A program made the position numbers and the translations under genes. The notes under the pieces are model-generated. The model did not search any database. It had not been told where the DNA came from and worked only from the letters and a program-made list of their open reading frames with translations. DNA of 63,914 nucleotides, the filler included, from Perkinsus olseni (taxonomy: Eukaryota): the NCBI GenBank assembly GCA_013115125.1. It is 4 parts of 4 records of this genome, joined end to end, with 100 filler letters (N's around TTAATTAATTAA, not from the genome) between each part and the next. Parts side by side here need not be neighbours in the genome. Positions count along the whole stretch, not along the records: positions 1 to 17,194 come from JABANN010000653.1; 3 more parts are not named here. One strand, written 5' to 3'. Below, in pieces: positions 1-12,055 of this stretch; the first letter of the stretch is position 1; the number at the start of each line of letters is the position of its first letter.

Positions 1-10
1 CCTGCCTGCG

Positions 11-31
11 CCCCCCCCCCCCCCCCCCCCG

Positions 32-67
<36 letters not shown>

Positions 68-93
68 CCCCCCCTCCCCCCCCCCCCCCCCCC
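11..93. repeat. poly-C tract at contig start
   Basis: Nearly pure C run with rare interruptions; possibly an assembly or sequencing artefact at the contig edge. Confidence 0.85.
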
Positions 94-349
94 CGGAGTC
101 CAGTTCAGACCGACTGCACTAGTGATGCAACCTGTTGATGTTATGATTCATATTAGAATGCCAATACGGACGAGGGTTCCTGACAACTGTCCTGCTGCTC
201 CATCCATTTCAGATATACTGCTCGCACCGTAGTTCCGGCAGATAAGCAGAGATTATTGACTGATGGAGTTAGCAGTATCGATATCGGATGTTGACTGGCG
301 GTTGATGCAAGTACTTATCCATGTGAATGAATGAACGTGATTCCCATAG

Positions 350-1846
350 TTAACAAGTACGAAGTTTCCTTACGATTTTTGGTCTTCCTTCATTCGCTGG
401 AACGGCCCATGCACAGTCTCCCTCGATCCCTAAGTTGTTTTTGCCCCGTACCTGAGCCTTCTTCATCTCTACAAACTTGCAGTCTACCCTTACGATTCTG
501 AAGAAACCATTGTGACCCCAGTAATGGCCCCATGAGTTCCTCCCAATCCAGTACGACACTCCATCGGGTGTCGTGCCATAACCGACCACCGCGATCTCAT
601 GCTCGGGCTCAGTTGAGCCTAAAACGATACTCCCAATATTCACCAACCGGGTCGAAGTTCACCCGTCGCGTCCTCGAAAACCTCGAAGTCAGTATAGTTC
701 TTCTCAAACGCCTCAGTAACCTGCCGAGGAATGTTGAGCGGATACCTGTGTATTCGTAGTGTCCCAACAGTTGGGACCCAACTCACTGCGATTGAGCAGG
801 CAATTGGACCTCGATGAGCTATCTCCGCCATCATGGCCTCGGTCCCATTTACTTCACCATATTCCGCTACCTCCCATACAGGGTACCTGATGACGGCAAC
901 TCCATCAGTCGACACGTGGCTGGCGGAAATCCTCAAAACTCTCAGATATGAGAAAGAGCGGCAGCGTTAATCAGGAACTGCACATCGACTATCAGAAGTA
1001 TCTTCACCGTTTCCGCGGGAAGCAGCCATTGAAGTTGCAGTCTCTGCATATATCCGTCGCTTCGCAGGTACGACCAGTATCTCGGCCCTCCGCTACGAAC
1101 CTATCCAGGACGGGGGCATGTCACCATCGATCGCCTCGTGCTGCGCTGTCGTCGAACTAGCCCGGCTGGCAGCTCACCCTTGGCAAGTTTCATCGGGGAT
1201 ACCCCCAGCTTCTTTGATGAACTTGAAGGCCGTCATCGGATCCCCACCGTGGCAGCCATTATCGTACTCGTCACAGTTTAGAATGACTTGCATGGCGAGG
1301 TTAGTCTGCTTCGTCGCGCCGGTCCTGCGGGGCGAACGGTCTCGGGAGAAAATCCAGAACTCCTGGCATCTTACACGATATTGATCCTATCTGACAATGA
1401 GCTGACAGCAGCGAAGCTCCAACAGGCACCACAATAATTCGGTATATGTTGGTTACGAGCAGCTGAGGCCAGGTTCACCTTACGGGGACCTTCGGGCCTG
1501 CTAGGGATGAGGTCAAAGTGTAGCCGACACCGGAAAAGCCCAGAGTAGCAGGGGAAGGGAAAGGATACCCAGGCTAGGATTTTTACGTATGGACAGTCCT
1601 GTATCTCCAGTCAACGGACTGCGGCAGGGCCTCGAGATCTCCTCTGGCGAGCAACTCTCCCGGGGTTGGAGACCGGATGAGTGAGTCTCTGTAGGGCGAT
1701 CTGAGAGGCGCCACATAATGAAGCGGTAGAGTACCAGAGCAGCCATACTTCACAAAACAGCCTCCCTTCTGACCGGCACCAGCTTTCGCTAGCGTGACGA
1801 GAGCGATGAGATAGAGGACGACTATCATATAATTAGAGGGAGCCAT
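350..1846 (-). CDS. cathepsin X/Z-like papain-family (C1A) cysteine protease, multi-exon
   Basis: Exons translate to a signal peptide ([17 protein letters not shown]), [29 protein letters not shown] (catalytic Cys plus the HIP mini-loop diagnostic of cathepsin X), [20 protein letters not shown] and YWIGRNSWG. Short GT-AG introns separate the ORF pieces. Confidence 0.92.
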
Positions 1847-1993
1847 TCTGAAGGCGGAGCGAAGCCGATACCGGATTCAGGCCAGGCAATGGCCATTGCC
1901 GAAACTTCCAACCAAACGCCCGAGAGTCCCAGAAACGATTTGACAGAAACGAGTGAAGTGGGGCATGCGAGATGGAGAAGATGAATGGGCGAA

Positions 1994-4870
1994 TTACACG
2001 GTGAGGGCGTTATCGTTTCCGTCGTATTGACCACGCTCCCGAGAGCTCGCTTGGCGAGAACCGTGGCCGTCGCTCCCGGGTGAGATTGGCCTTCGGCTGA
2101 TCGCAGAGAAGACTGGCCATTCGCCGCCCGCTTTAACGCTACATGAACGACTTACTTCCGACTCCGACCCTGCAGATACCCCAGAATGATTGACAGTTTT
2201 CTTTATGGCAGCATCCTGCTTCTTGTGTTTTTTCATAAGCCGCTCGAGTGCAGCTGAGCTCCGATTGACCTCCTCAGTGCTCAGCCGATCCATCAGGTTA
2301 GCGGGATCTGCTAGGTCTAACGAAGGCCGATAGTTTCCACAAGGCCCACCCGGCATCGTGAAAAAAAACAGGCGCAGACCCCGCCAAGGTCACTCCGGGC
2401 ACCACCACACACAGTGAGGAGGGTATCCGAAGGAGGGACGTATCCTTCATCGTAAATTTACCTTGAACCACAGGGTCAGCTCCAGGCATTGGGTCCCTCC
2501 GAGTCATGGTGAAGCGAGGCTTCTTATCGCTGCTTTGTGAAGCAGGGGTACCCTGGTCGTCCTTCCTCAATAGACGATCTAGATTGCCCAGTCTCGACCT
2601 CTCCAGTTTCAGAGGACTCACAGCCACTGATGATCGAGTCCTGACGAATGGCACTTCGTCATCCAGATCGCTGCTGGGGCGGGAGAATTTCGAACTGCTT
2701 TCCCGACGCTCCGTCAATGAGACGGCCTTCAGCTCACTTCTGCTGCACACTCTCTGTTGGCTTAGACCTGCTGTGGTACGGCTCATGATGTGGGTTTAGG
2801 GACGCCAGCTTCGGGAACCTGGCCCACGAGTCGGGTTCCAATGCCCCAGGTTCGTAGTCACTTCAATTTCTTCGTCGCTATATGATCACCCTCTTCTCGG
2901 ATACCCGACATCTCGGCTTTGGCCGCATCCACCTTCACCTGCAAGTGCCGCTCTCCACTGGCGGCACGCCAACGGTAAACTGTGGACTCCCTACCTGGCT
3001 CGACGAGGTGTCGAATACCGGCGACCAGTCAGGTCTAGCCTCAGTCGCATGAACAGCATCATCCACGGCACTCGTCGACCCTGGATCCGGCATGGACGAA
3101 TTAGGAGCAGCCAGGGGTGAGGTTCGGTAGGTTCTAATGGTAGCGGTCCCAACACCTGGGGCGAGTCGCTGAGGCCCACCCTATGTCGATATCGGGTTCG
3201 ACGAGCTTCAAAGATTCCTTCGATCTTAGCTTGGTCCACTGGTCGAACCTAAAGTCCTCTCCGTCCCCTCTCTTTCGATCAGGAGCCTTCTCCTCAGCTC
3301 GAGTTCGCCGTCTATCTGAGATACCGGTGCCGTCCCATCGAAGTCAGCCGCAACAGCGTCCGACCTTTCCTCCCTCCAGCCGGCCTCCCCATCTCCTCTT
3401 CCTTCTCCCCCAAGGCCATCTGCAGCACAGCATCCCGCATCACGGCCGATGGGGGGGACGAAGCCTCCCCAGGGTCGTTCTCGTCTCCGATACTCTCCAA
3501 GGCCAGCCTGGCTTCGGTTAGCACATCGTCTGTGCCAGGCTCATCGCCTAGTAACTGCCGCCGGTCCGGGGCCTCCACGGACTCGGTTTCCTGAGAGAAA
3601 ATAAGCAACAAGACGCCGGTTGGGATGAATCCCTGCCCGATGCAAGAGCAACCACACTCACCTCTCTCTCGAGGAGATTCTCCCTGGGTATCTTTGACGG
3701 CACTTGTCGCGCGCCACTTATTTGCCCTCGCCCAGTCGCTGACATGGCATCCAGCGGCACCCGCTTCAGAAACGACAGCAACTACTATACCACCATCCAC
3801 CACCGAACCCTCCCCCTTATACGCCTCCTACTCGGTCCTCCTTAAACTTCTCCGACTCCGCCCACAGGTGCTTCGCGAAACTGGGATATTGGTCCAGGAA
3901 CTCCCCGGGCTTCGAAAGGGCGGTAGGGTTCTTATAGAACCTACAGGGGCCTGCCGCTCTAGGCTCTTCCCTCACATCGAGCTGACCTACACCACACCCT
4001 TGGACGCCACCGGGTCCACTCTGACTATGTCCTGCATCTCCCTCAGAACCTCGGCCCGTCTCCCCTCCGGCATCTCGTTGTCATCGTGGTAGGAGCATAA
4101 AAGGGCGGCTAAGTCCCTTTGCTCCCTTATCTGATCGGCAACCGGAGGCCTCCCTCACACACAGTCCCGTAGCCCCTACAGCCTCGCCCTCTCCGATCCT
4201 CTCGAGATCGTCAGGACTCACGTCCACATACCCTCCCCGCTGGGCCACCGCACGCTCATGCATCGGCTGCTTGGGAAGGTCGTCCAAATTCACTTTACTC
4301 TCGGCACGTTTGTCGGACTCCAACTGCGCCGCCTTCTGATACCTACAGGGACCCAGAAGAAGCCTCTCCTCCTCCTCAGTCGGCCACCACCGCCCTACTT
4401 GATGTACTGTCTGTTGACGAACTGTATCCTCTCATGATCCTCATCCTTCAATCGATGCTCGAACCGTCGAGGTATCGGTATGTCGTCTAGGGAGTCCAAC
4501 TGGACCAGCGATCCTACCCAGCAGCGGCAACTACTCCAAGACACTCTCCGTTGCCAGGCACAACTCCCACCATCAGAGAGCTGGGCAGATTCAGAGCCCC
4601 GTGGCCTAGTGGAGGCAGCGGTACGGGATTGATGATGACCATCAATAGCATCCTCGTCGTCTTCGTCATTCAGCACTACCGTTGGCTTCATCATTTCCTC
4701 CACCTAACCAGGGCCTTCATAGAAGGGCCTCGCAAGAGCAACCGGACCCGATCCTCTTCCAGCCACTCATCTGCCTCCCCCTCCTCCCCAGCCTTCATCT
4801 GGTTGTAGATCACCTAAGGCAGGGAACTAACACCCCATCACCACTGGCTGGCCACGGACCTTCTGCTTCC
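1994..4870 (-). CDS. uncharacterised multi-exon protein(s), charged/low complexity
   Basis: Chain of minus-strand ORF pieces (4395-4703, 4081-4323, 3312-3803, 2991-3239, 2298-2786, 1994-2356) with GT-AG-like breaks; no domain recognised; limits approximate. Confidence 0.45.
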
Positions 4871-6023
4871 GGCTGAGCTTCTTGGGAAAGTGCTCGCTTG
4901 AAGGGTTCAGCATGGCCACCATCCACTGTGGCATGTTGTACTTTTTGGCCTCTTCCTCCTGACACCCACCATCAACCCTCGTCAGTCGACCATCCTACCA
5001 GTTCCTTCTTCTGGAACTTGTCCTTCGCCAACTGCCTCATCAGCTCTCCGGCGGTCTTCCTGTCCGCCAGAGGAATCTCCCGCACTTCCGACGTCTCTCG
5101 CAAGTATCTTAGCTCACCGCGTCAACCTCGCATGACAAACCCCACAAGCTCACAAAGATATCCTCTCCAAGACGTAAGACGCGGCCTTGAAGGTTGATCC
5201 ACTAAGATGGTATATCGGGTAAACGTCCGGTCTCTGTATGTGGATCCTAAAACCAGAGCATAGCCCCGACCAGAACCCTCAGCAGCCCTACCGGCAAACC
5301 TGAGCCAGGCCGAAGAGTATCTTAGCCACATCACCGAGCGTAGCCTTCTCAACACCCTCCTCGGGGTCCGGTGGCAGCACTCTGAAAGCAGCATGACTGG
5401 CAGGACGGTCGACCCTTGAACTCTACTTGAACAAGGAGCAGCGATCCTTCTTGCTGCACTGGCGGCACGAGTGGACTTCTGTCAAGTCGATCCATCGCCT
5501 TAGCCGTTTACTAGCATATATGATCTTACGAGGTGCCGATTCCTGAGCGGCTACCTTCACCATCCCTGAAGGGTCACACCGTCCATCAACAGCCGAGGAG
5601 AGGCCTCCTTACCCTTGCTAGGGATGACCACCGGGCATTCCATGGCCGCCAAGGTTGCAAGGGAGCTGAGGAACTTGGGGTCTCGAACGGTCTCAGCCTT
5701 GACGAAGTCGGGCAGATTCACACACTCGGTCCGCTGCCTGCCATAGGGGCATTCCGGAGAGCAGCAGCCCACCGAAATTCCCACCACACAGCTCGCCTCA
5801 TGTGTGCCCGGTTGCTCGGGGCCCGACAGCCACACACTTCCACCCCGAAGGTTGAGAACTGCTGCAGGAAGCCGAGGGCGATGTTACGATGGTGCGTCTG
5901 GGGAGAAGAGGTCGTGGAGGACGAATAAGAGATAGGGTAGCCCCTCACCGCTAGCGCCTCCACCGGGGCTGCCGGGTGCCTCTTGATGTACTGGATGGAG
6001 CCCTCATACAGCTGCCTCAGCAT
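4870..6023 (-). CDS. uncharacterised multi-exon protein
   Basis: Short minus-strand coding-like segments with splice-like boundaries; could be part of the adjacent gene; no domain recognised. Confidence 0.3.
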
Positions 6024-6097
6024 AACAATAGCCTGCCAGCCTGCCCTCCCCCAAGGCCATTGAGTAACCCAAGCCACAATATGTAATGAAACACAAC

Positions 6098-7951
6098 TTA
6101 ATCGAGGCTTCGACTCCTGATCTTGGCAGTGGTAGACTGCAGAGGCCTATGCCGCAGCTGCGATGATGATGATGATGCTTCTTCGGGCTTCTCGGATTCG
6201 CCAGCGGCCACCATCTCCACCTTGGAAGACTCCACCGATCTGAATTTGAGAGGATGGCAGCCGGTTAGCTGGGCAGAGGCACTCACTCCTCGCTGGTCGC
6301 TGGGGACTCCGGGCCCTTGTCCTCTATAGCCGTCGCCTTGGACTCCTTATGGTGTTTATTTTTCTGTTTCTTCTTGCCACTAGTTTTCTCTGTCTCAGCC
6401 CGCTCCTTCTCTTCCTCCAGTCTCTTCTCCTCTTCCTCCTTCAACCTAGCCTGCTCCTGCTTCCACGTTGCCTTCCTGCTGCTCAGGTACCTGATGATGG
6501 CCACCCCAAGATACCCCTACAGGAGACTCCAACGCGCCGCCACTCACGTGCCGAGGATGAAGAAGCAGATGAGCAGGACGACGACGAAGAAATCGTTAAT
6601 CTTATCCGCCGTGGTCTTCTGGCCTGCAGGAAGATGAGTTCAGGAAGGGGTTCGCCTGATGCTGGACATACTGGCACGTTCGTGTAGCCGACGCCTCATG
6701 TCCGTCTCCGCTATCTCCCTAGGAGTTCGCCTCATCTCATTTTCCTCGAGACACACGCCAAACTGACAATGAATCATTCTAGCTTCAACCTAAGATACGC
6801 CGAGGGCCTCTCACCCTGCCTGGCAGTGTACCGTTAGGGCAGAGCTGGCAGTCCCAGCTAGCAGGATCCACTTGGTAACCATAGTCGCACGTGACGTAGA
6901 GGTCGTCAACCGTGGTCTCCGCTCCTCGTCCACCGAAGACAACAATCTTGTTGGTCAGGGCCGCGACCGCCGGGAAGGCCACAGCCTTGGGGAGGTCGTC
7001 AGGGGCGGGTATCCACTCCATACCCTTCATCCGAACCCAGATGTCGGCCAAGGGCTCCGGGTCGCAGGTCTTCTCCTCCGAGTTCGCCTTGCAGGTCTGG
7101 CCACCGACCAGTACCACCGCGTCCTCATTGGCGGCTACACCTGGGGCGAATCTCGGCTCCCAGCGGGCCTTGCTGCGTACCATCCGCCAGCCAGAATAGC
7201 TAACATCAGAGGGGGTCACCGACCACTCGGCATTATGGAAGGTCACTTGGGAGTCCAACATCCTCACACTCCGCCCGCCGAACATCGATATGGTCTCAGA
7301 AGCGGCCCTTGGCGGCACAGCATAGCCGGGCAGGACGGGGCAGGTCTTCGCAGCCGAATAGGAGCTCACCAGCTTCCATCTCTCTAACACGAAGGGACTG
7401 GCCCGCCAGAGGTCACAGTTGCCTTCAGAACGCTGATTCACAAAGCCACCACTCAGATAGACGTAGTCCTCAGCCACTGACATGACGTGACCGGCGCGGC
7501 CCTTCCAAGGTGCCGTCTCAACGACCAGTCGCCACTGGTTGGTCTCGGGAGAGTACTGCCACACGTCACTGGCGAGGCCTTCCTTCGTCTCACCGCCACT
7601 CAGGAGCAAGGAGCCGTCATCAAGTTGGACTACAGCGTGAAGCATTCGAGGAGACCACGGCGCTGAGGTCTCCAGCAGGGCCCATTCGGCCGAGTTGTCG
7701 GTGCCCAGCCTGAGCTCCCACATGTCGTTGTGAAGTTGCTTGGTCCCATCACCCCGCAGTGTGCAGCCGCCGATGAGGTAGAGAGAATCCTCTCCCATGG
7801 GGATCAGCGACGCGCCGTACCGACCAGATGGGGCCGAGGAGCCCACCAAGGGCTTAGAGAAGCGGATCCGGCTGGGAACGGCGAAGAGCTCCGAGTCCGC
7901 CGCAGCGAGAGCAGTTATAGTGGAAAGCAGGGGGAAGGTGAGAAGTAGCAT
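6098..7951 (-). CDS. Kelch-repeat type I membrane protein
   Basis: ORF 6785-8071 has a signal peptide (MLLLTFPLLSTITALAAA), repeated Kelch GG...W units (LYLIGG..DMW, LLLSGG..DVW, VYLSGG..DLW, VVLVGG..DIW, IVVFGG) and a Cys-rich stalk. Downstream exons splice in frame to a TM segment (FFVVVLLICFFILGT|GYLGVAII) and a K/E-rich tail. Confidence 0.75.
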
Positions 7952-8099
7952 GGCTGCCGGCCTGCTGAAGCAAAAGCTCATGTAAAGGGCCAAAGACCAA
8001 TAACACTGCACGAGGCTGGCCGATACCCTATAGGCTAACGCAAGGCGGCAAGAAGAGATGGCATGAGACACCTACTACCCCATGAAAGGTGAGTTCAGC

Positions 8100-10168
8100 A
8101 GCGCAGAGGGTCGTGATGATGTATGACTTTGGCTCCTTCTTGTAGACCGTTTCCTCCCCGACCGCCCTCTCCTCCCAATGGTGACCGCATCTAGACGGCG
8201 CAGGGAGAGGTCAGAGGTGGTTCCTGACCCAGCCATGATGGCGGGCTGCAGAGGTTGAGACCTCCCTCACGCGGTAGGGCCCGGGGGACCGGAGGGGGAG
8301 GCGCATCAGCGAGGTCCAGCACGACATCCGACCTGAGCTGGTACGTTACTCTCAGTAACCAAACTTGGCAGCCCTACTCTAGAGGCCGATCCCCCAACAC
8401 CGCCGATAACGCCGTGAGTTCCTATCAACGACAAGGACACATCATTCTGGCCCTCCCTGGGCTCACCCTGATCCTGCCGGGCTCATCTCGGTAGGAGCTC
8501 AACCCTCTTTGTACTGCCTCATCGTCCGTGGCCGCTCCCGAAGCTGACGTCAAGGGTCCACTATCGAGGCCTGCTCTGACAACTACCCAGCCTCACAGCC
8601 CTGAGAGGTGCCCGCCTCCCGTCCACGACTGCCAACTTCAACCTTCACCGTAGCTGGCAACGGAGGCAGTTCTGGCACACAGCGGATGAGGGGCCCACTA
8701 AGCTCTGCCTTGGTCTGACCCCGACCGGCGCTCCCTTCGAGAGCCTTCACACCGATTGCTGCCATCTGCCGGTCTCTCCGTTCCAACCACTCCACCCGCT
8801 TCTTACGAACAACTCGTCGTGCCGCATAGCAGAACAAGGCCGCCTAGGGATACGGAGATCAACCTAGCCGGGGAGAGGTCAAGGGTGCTACCCCCAGCAT
8901 GGCGACGATGGCTCCCGCCAGGACGGCGAGGGAACCATTCCCACCATCGCCATCAATGGGACGAGCAGGGTCATCACCCACAGGCCCACCAACGAGGTAG
9001 GGGTCCGAGGGCTCACCTACACGGGACAGTCGATGGCAGCAGCGTGCAGGCGAAACCCACAGAGCAAGTCCTCGGTTGGGATGGGCCAGGGGCTCCATCG
9101 GCCCGAACTCAAGCACGTTATCGTCAGCGATTGCGTGACTGCTGATAACGAGGAGGCGAAGCCTTGAGCACACGTCACCGTCCTTTCCGAGCCTACCCAT
9201 GGAAGGGCTGTTCTCCCTCGGGCAAGTAGTAGCAGTGGACTCACCGGCAACGACGTCTCCAGGACCGAACTGAACCCAGTACTTCTCCTCCACGGGGTTC
9301 TCGATACAGGTGATAACGGGCGAGGAAGTATCGAGTGTCGACCAGCTGATCCACCCTGCCCGCTAAGCATTGCTGCTCCTGCTAGCTGGCCGAGAATTAC
9401 GCACCACCGTTCTCGTTAGTATCCTCCTCAACCCTCACAGTGGCTAAACGCTGCCACCTCGACCCCGCCCACTTGGACAGGGTGAAAGACTGGGACGCAA
9501 GTCCACCAACCTGTCGTGTATACAGGCGACGGTGGAAGTCCCCGCCTGACTCGTACCTCACGAATCGTAACACATTCAACTTTCCTTATAGGCAGCCTCA
9601 GGTGGAGGTACTAAAAAGAAACAACACGAGTCCGATGACCCACAAGCAATCAGCCTCACGATGGTCCTGACGTCCCTGTCCTCCCTAGGGAAGGAGTAGA
9701 AGGTGTCCGGACGCCCATCGTAGAGGTTCTCCTCAGAGGCCTCCTCAGGCTCTACCACTTCCTCAATGGACCACCTATCTCGATCCATCGGCCATCTCTC
9801 CCCAGTCCACAGCCCTACTCTCTAGTGCATCGGGCGTCCTCGAAAAGCCTTAGCTCAGCTACTGCAGCCTGGGCACTCGGGAGCTCCAGGGCCCAGACCA
9901 TACCATCAGCGCTACGACAGCTACGACTGTCGATAGGGGCCCAAACACCTGACCAAGGCTGCCCTCCTCCAGAGGACCCTGCTGGTCAAATACTACCATT
10001 GAGGCACTGCAGCCGGGCGAGAGGGACTCCGGGTGTAGCCGATACTTGAGAACAGCTGACGTCGATCGTGAGGGGGTCCACAGGGACACCCCCATCGAAC
10101 TGGTAGGTGACGTTGTAACACGGTAACCTGAAGAAGGCACAATTGTGACAGCTGCCCCCGGCATCACC
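8100..10168 (-). CDS. uncharacterised multi-exon protein with probable TM segment
   Basis: Series of minus-strand ORF pieces including hydrophobic SLAVLAGAIVAML followed by a basic stretch; limits approximate. Confidence 0.4.
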
Positions 10169-10179
10169 ATGGGTTCTAA

Positions 10180-10306
10180 GGTAATATATATATTATTTAT
10201 TAGCATCATATTGATGTATTTAGTATATATTTATAATTACAAGGTTATTATTTTCATCTCTGGGCCTTTGTATTATTATTTATTATATAAGTCAATGTAG
10301 TATTTG
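10180..10306. other. short, very AT-rich island (candidate organellar insertion)
   Basis: Abrupt ~125-bp AT-rich block inside GC-rich flanks. Confidence 0.45.
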
Positions 10307-10434
10307 ACCACCGTGAGATAGCAGGCACCACTCCTAGCGCGGCAGAACGAGTACATGCGCCGAAGCAAGCTGCCGGTACCACGACTGTCCATACGCGTTA
10401 GGACTCGTACCAGTTAGATGATGGTGACTGGCCG

Positions 10435-11391
10435 TCATAGCATCCCCCTTCTGGTTTGAAAGGAGGGCACCAACTGCCGCATACCCCCCTCGAGCCGATC
10501 GCTACGACGATGGTTACTCTCATGCTGATGGCATCTGCGTGGATTCACGGAGGCAGCTCCACTGGAACAGGTGCAACTCGGCGCCGATCGAAAGCAGCAT
10601 TCGAAATTGGGAGTATAGACCCGGTCCAGGCCGACAAGCTGGCCAGCGGAGTATCCAAGGTTCATCATGAACTCTGACACGTTGGCAGCAGGCATTGGGG
10701 ACTGCTCCTCGATGAGCCACAGCCTCACACAATACTCATCGAATGGGAAGCCTTGCAACACCGCCAGCTCCGATCCTTCCACGTCCAAAGATACGAAGTC
10801 GATAGGACCAACCGGCCAGTCAGCATCTTGCAGGATACTCCTAATCGATCGAGTGATCGATTTCTCGTCCACATATAATCCTTCTCTCGTTCTCTCCATC
10901 TGACTGTGATCCCCCACCACCCAAGATACACTGCCAGAGTTCTCCTGCGAGTCCAACAGCCCAGCGCTGACCCTCCTAAAGGTAACCTCGTCGCCGTCCG
11001 CGCTGCCAACCACGGCCTTCACGACCTCGCAGCCTCGGCCGTCGAAGTTATTCGGGTGCGCATCTATGCAGATCCCCGTAATGAAGTTGAAGTGCCTTTC
11101 CAGCACGTAGGTGGAGCTCAAGTTGGTCCCATCGAATGCCCCTATATCAAGATACCTCCTAGGGGTTCCAGTATCACAGTCGAAATGCTCAGCGATGAAG
11201 ATATCCTGTCCGTACTGGGCATGAGAGACAGCCTGATCGACCCCACACACTACCGGGTGCCCCCGGCAGCAATGCCTGTACGACAATCCCAGCGCCTCCA
11301 AAACAGCATCGCCTAAGATTACCCAGAAAAAAATAACGGGAACCAATGAATTGCAGACGGCTGGGACACGAGCCTGCGATGACGATGACAA
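10435..11391 (-). CDS. FkbM-family SAM-dependent methyltransferase
   Basis: SHAQYGQD, YLDIGAFDGTNLSSTYVLE and IDFVSLDVEGSELAVLQGFPF are typical FkbM motifs. The N-terminus probably includes upstream Cys-rich exons (~11400-11640). Confidence 0.8.
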   Translation of the reverse strand: MSSSSQARVPAVCNSLVPVIFFWVILGDAVLEALGLSYRHCCRGHPVVCGVDQAVSHAQYGQDIFIAEHFDCDTGTPRRYLDIGAFDGTNLSSTYVLERHFNFITGICIDAHPNNFDGRGCEVVKAVVGSADGDEVTFRRVSAGLLDSQENSGSVSWVVGDHSQMERTREGLYVDEKSITRSIRSILQDADWPVGPIDFVSLDVEGSELAVLQGFPFDEYCVRLWLIEEQSPMPAANVSEFMMNLGYSAGQLVGLDRVYTPNFECCFRSAPSCTCSSGAASVNPRRCHQHESNHRRSDRLEGGMRQLVPSFQTRRGML

Positions 11392-12055
11392 CTCACACTC
11401 TTCCTCCCTGCCAGAACCACAACAGGCTGCACAGTCTATGGGAGTGAACGGGGAGAAGCATTGGGGATCTGATCGAAACTACCACCACCTCCTTCCCACC
11501 GCCAGAAGCGATCAGCACTACTGGGCATTGAGGACAGCAATCGCGATAGGAGAACCCCTGATGCCAGCAACCCCAGAAGCCTTCCGAGCCTCTCAGTGTA
11601 TCACAGCAGCCCTCACAGGTATACCTACCGAGGTCCCGTAGGCCAACCCGCCCTAAGCAACGGCAGTGAAAAGCTGTCATACCGCATGAAAGTTCCGTCT
11701 TCTCCGTGCGAGCCCGAACTGTAGCAGCTACGTGCCGTGTAGGGATCAAATTATAAACCGTAGACTACGGGCCGTAGTGGTGCTCTATGAAATTCAGAAA
11801 GTGAGTAGTGGGAGTTATCCAGCATAGGCATCAATGAAAGCCGACTATCAAGAGATCATGAGCATGGTCATATTTTCTGCTCAATTTCACAGACCATACC
11901 AAAACTTCACCGAATCGAGATCTAGTGCGTGTCGCTTCACGCCAACTACCGCGATCCATTCGCTTACGACCGAGCATAGCTATCAAAAGTTCACCAATGC
12001 CAGCAGGGAATGACAGTCCGAAGATCCCGACCAAAGGCATATCCAAGGTTAATCA

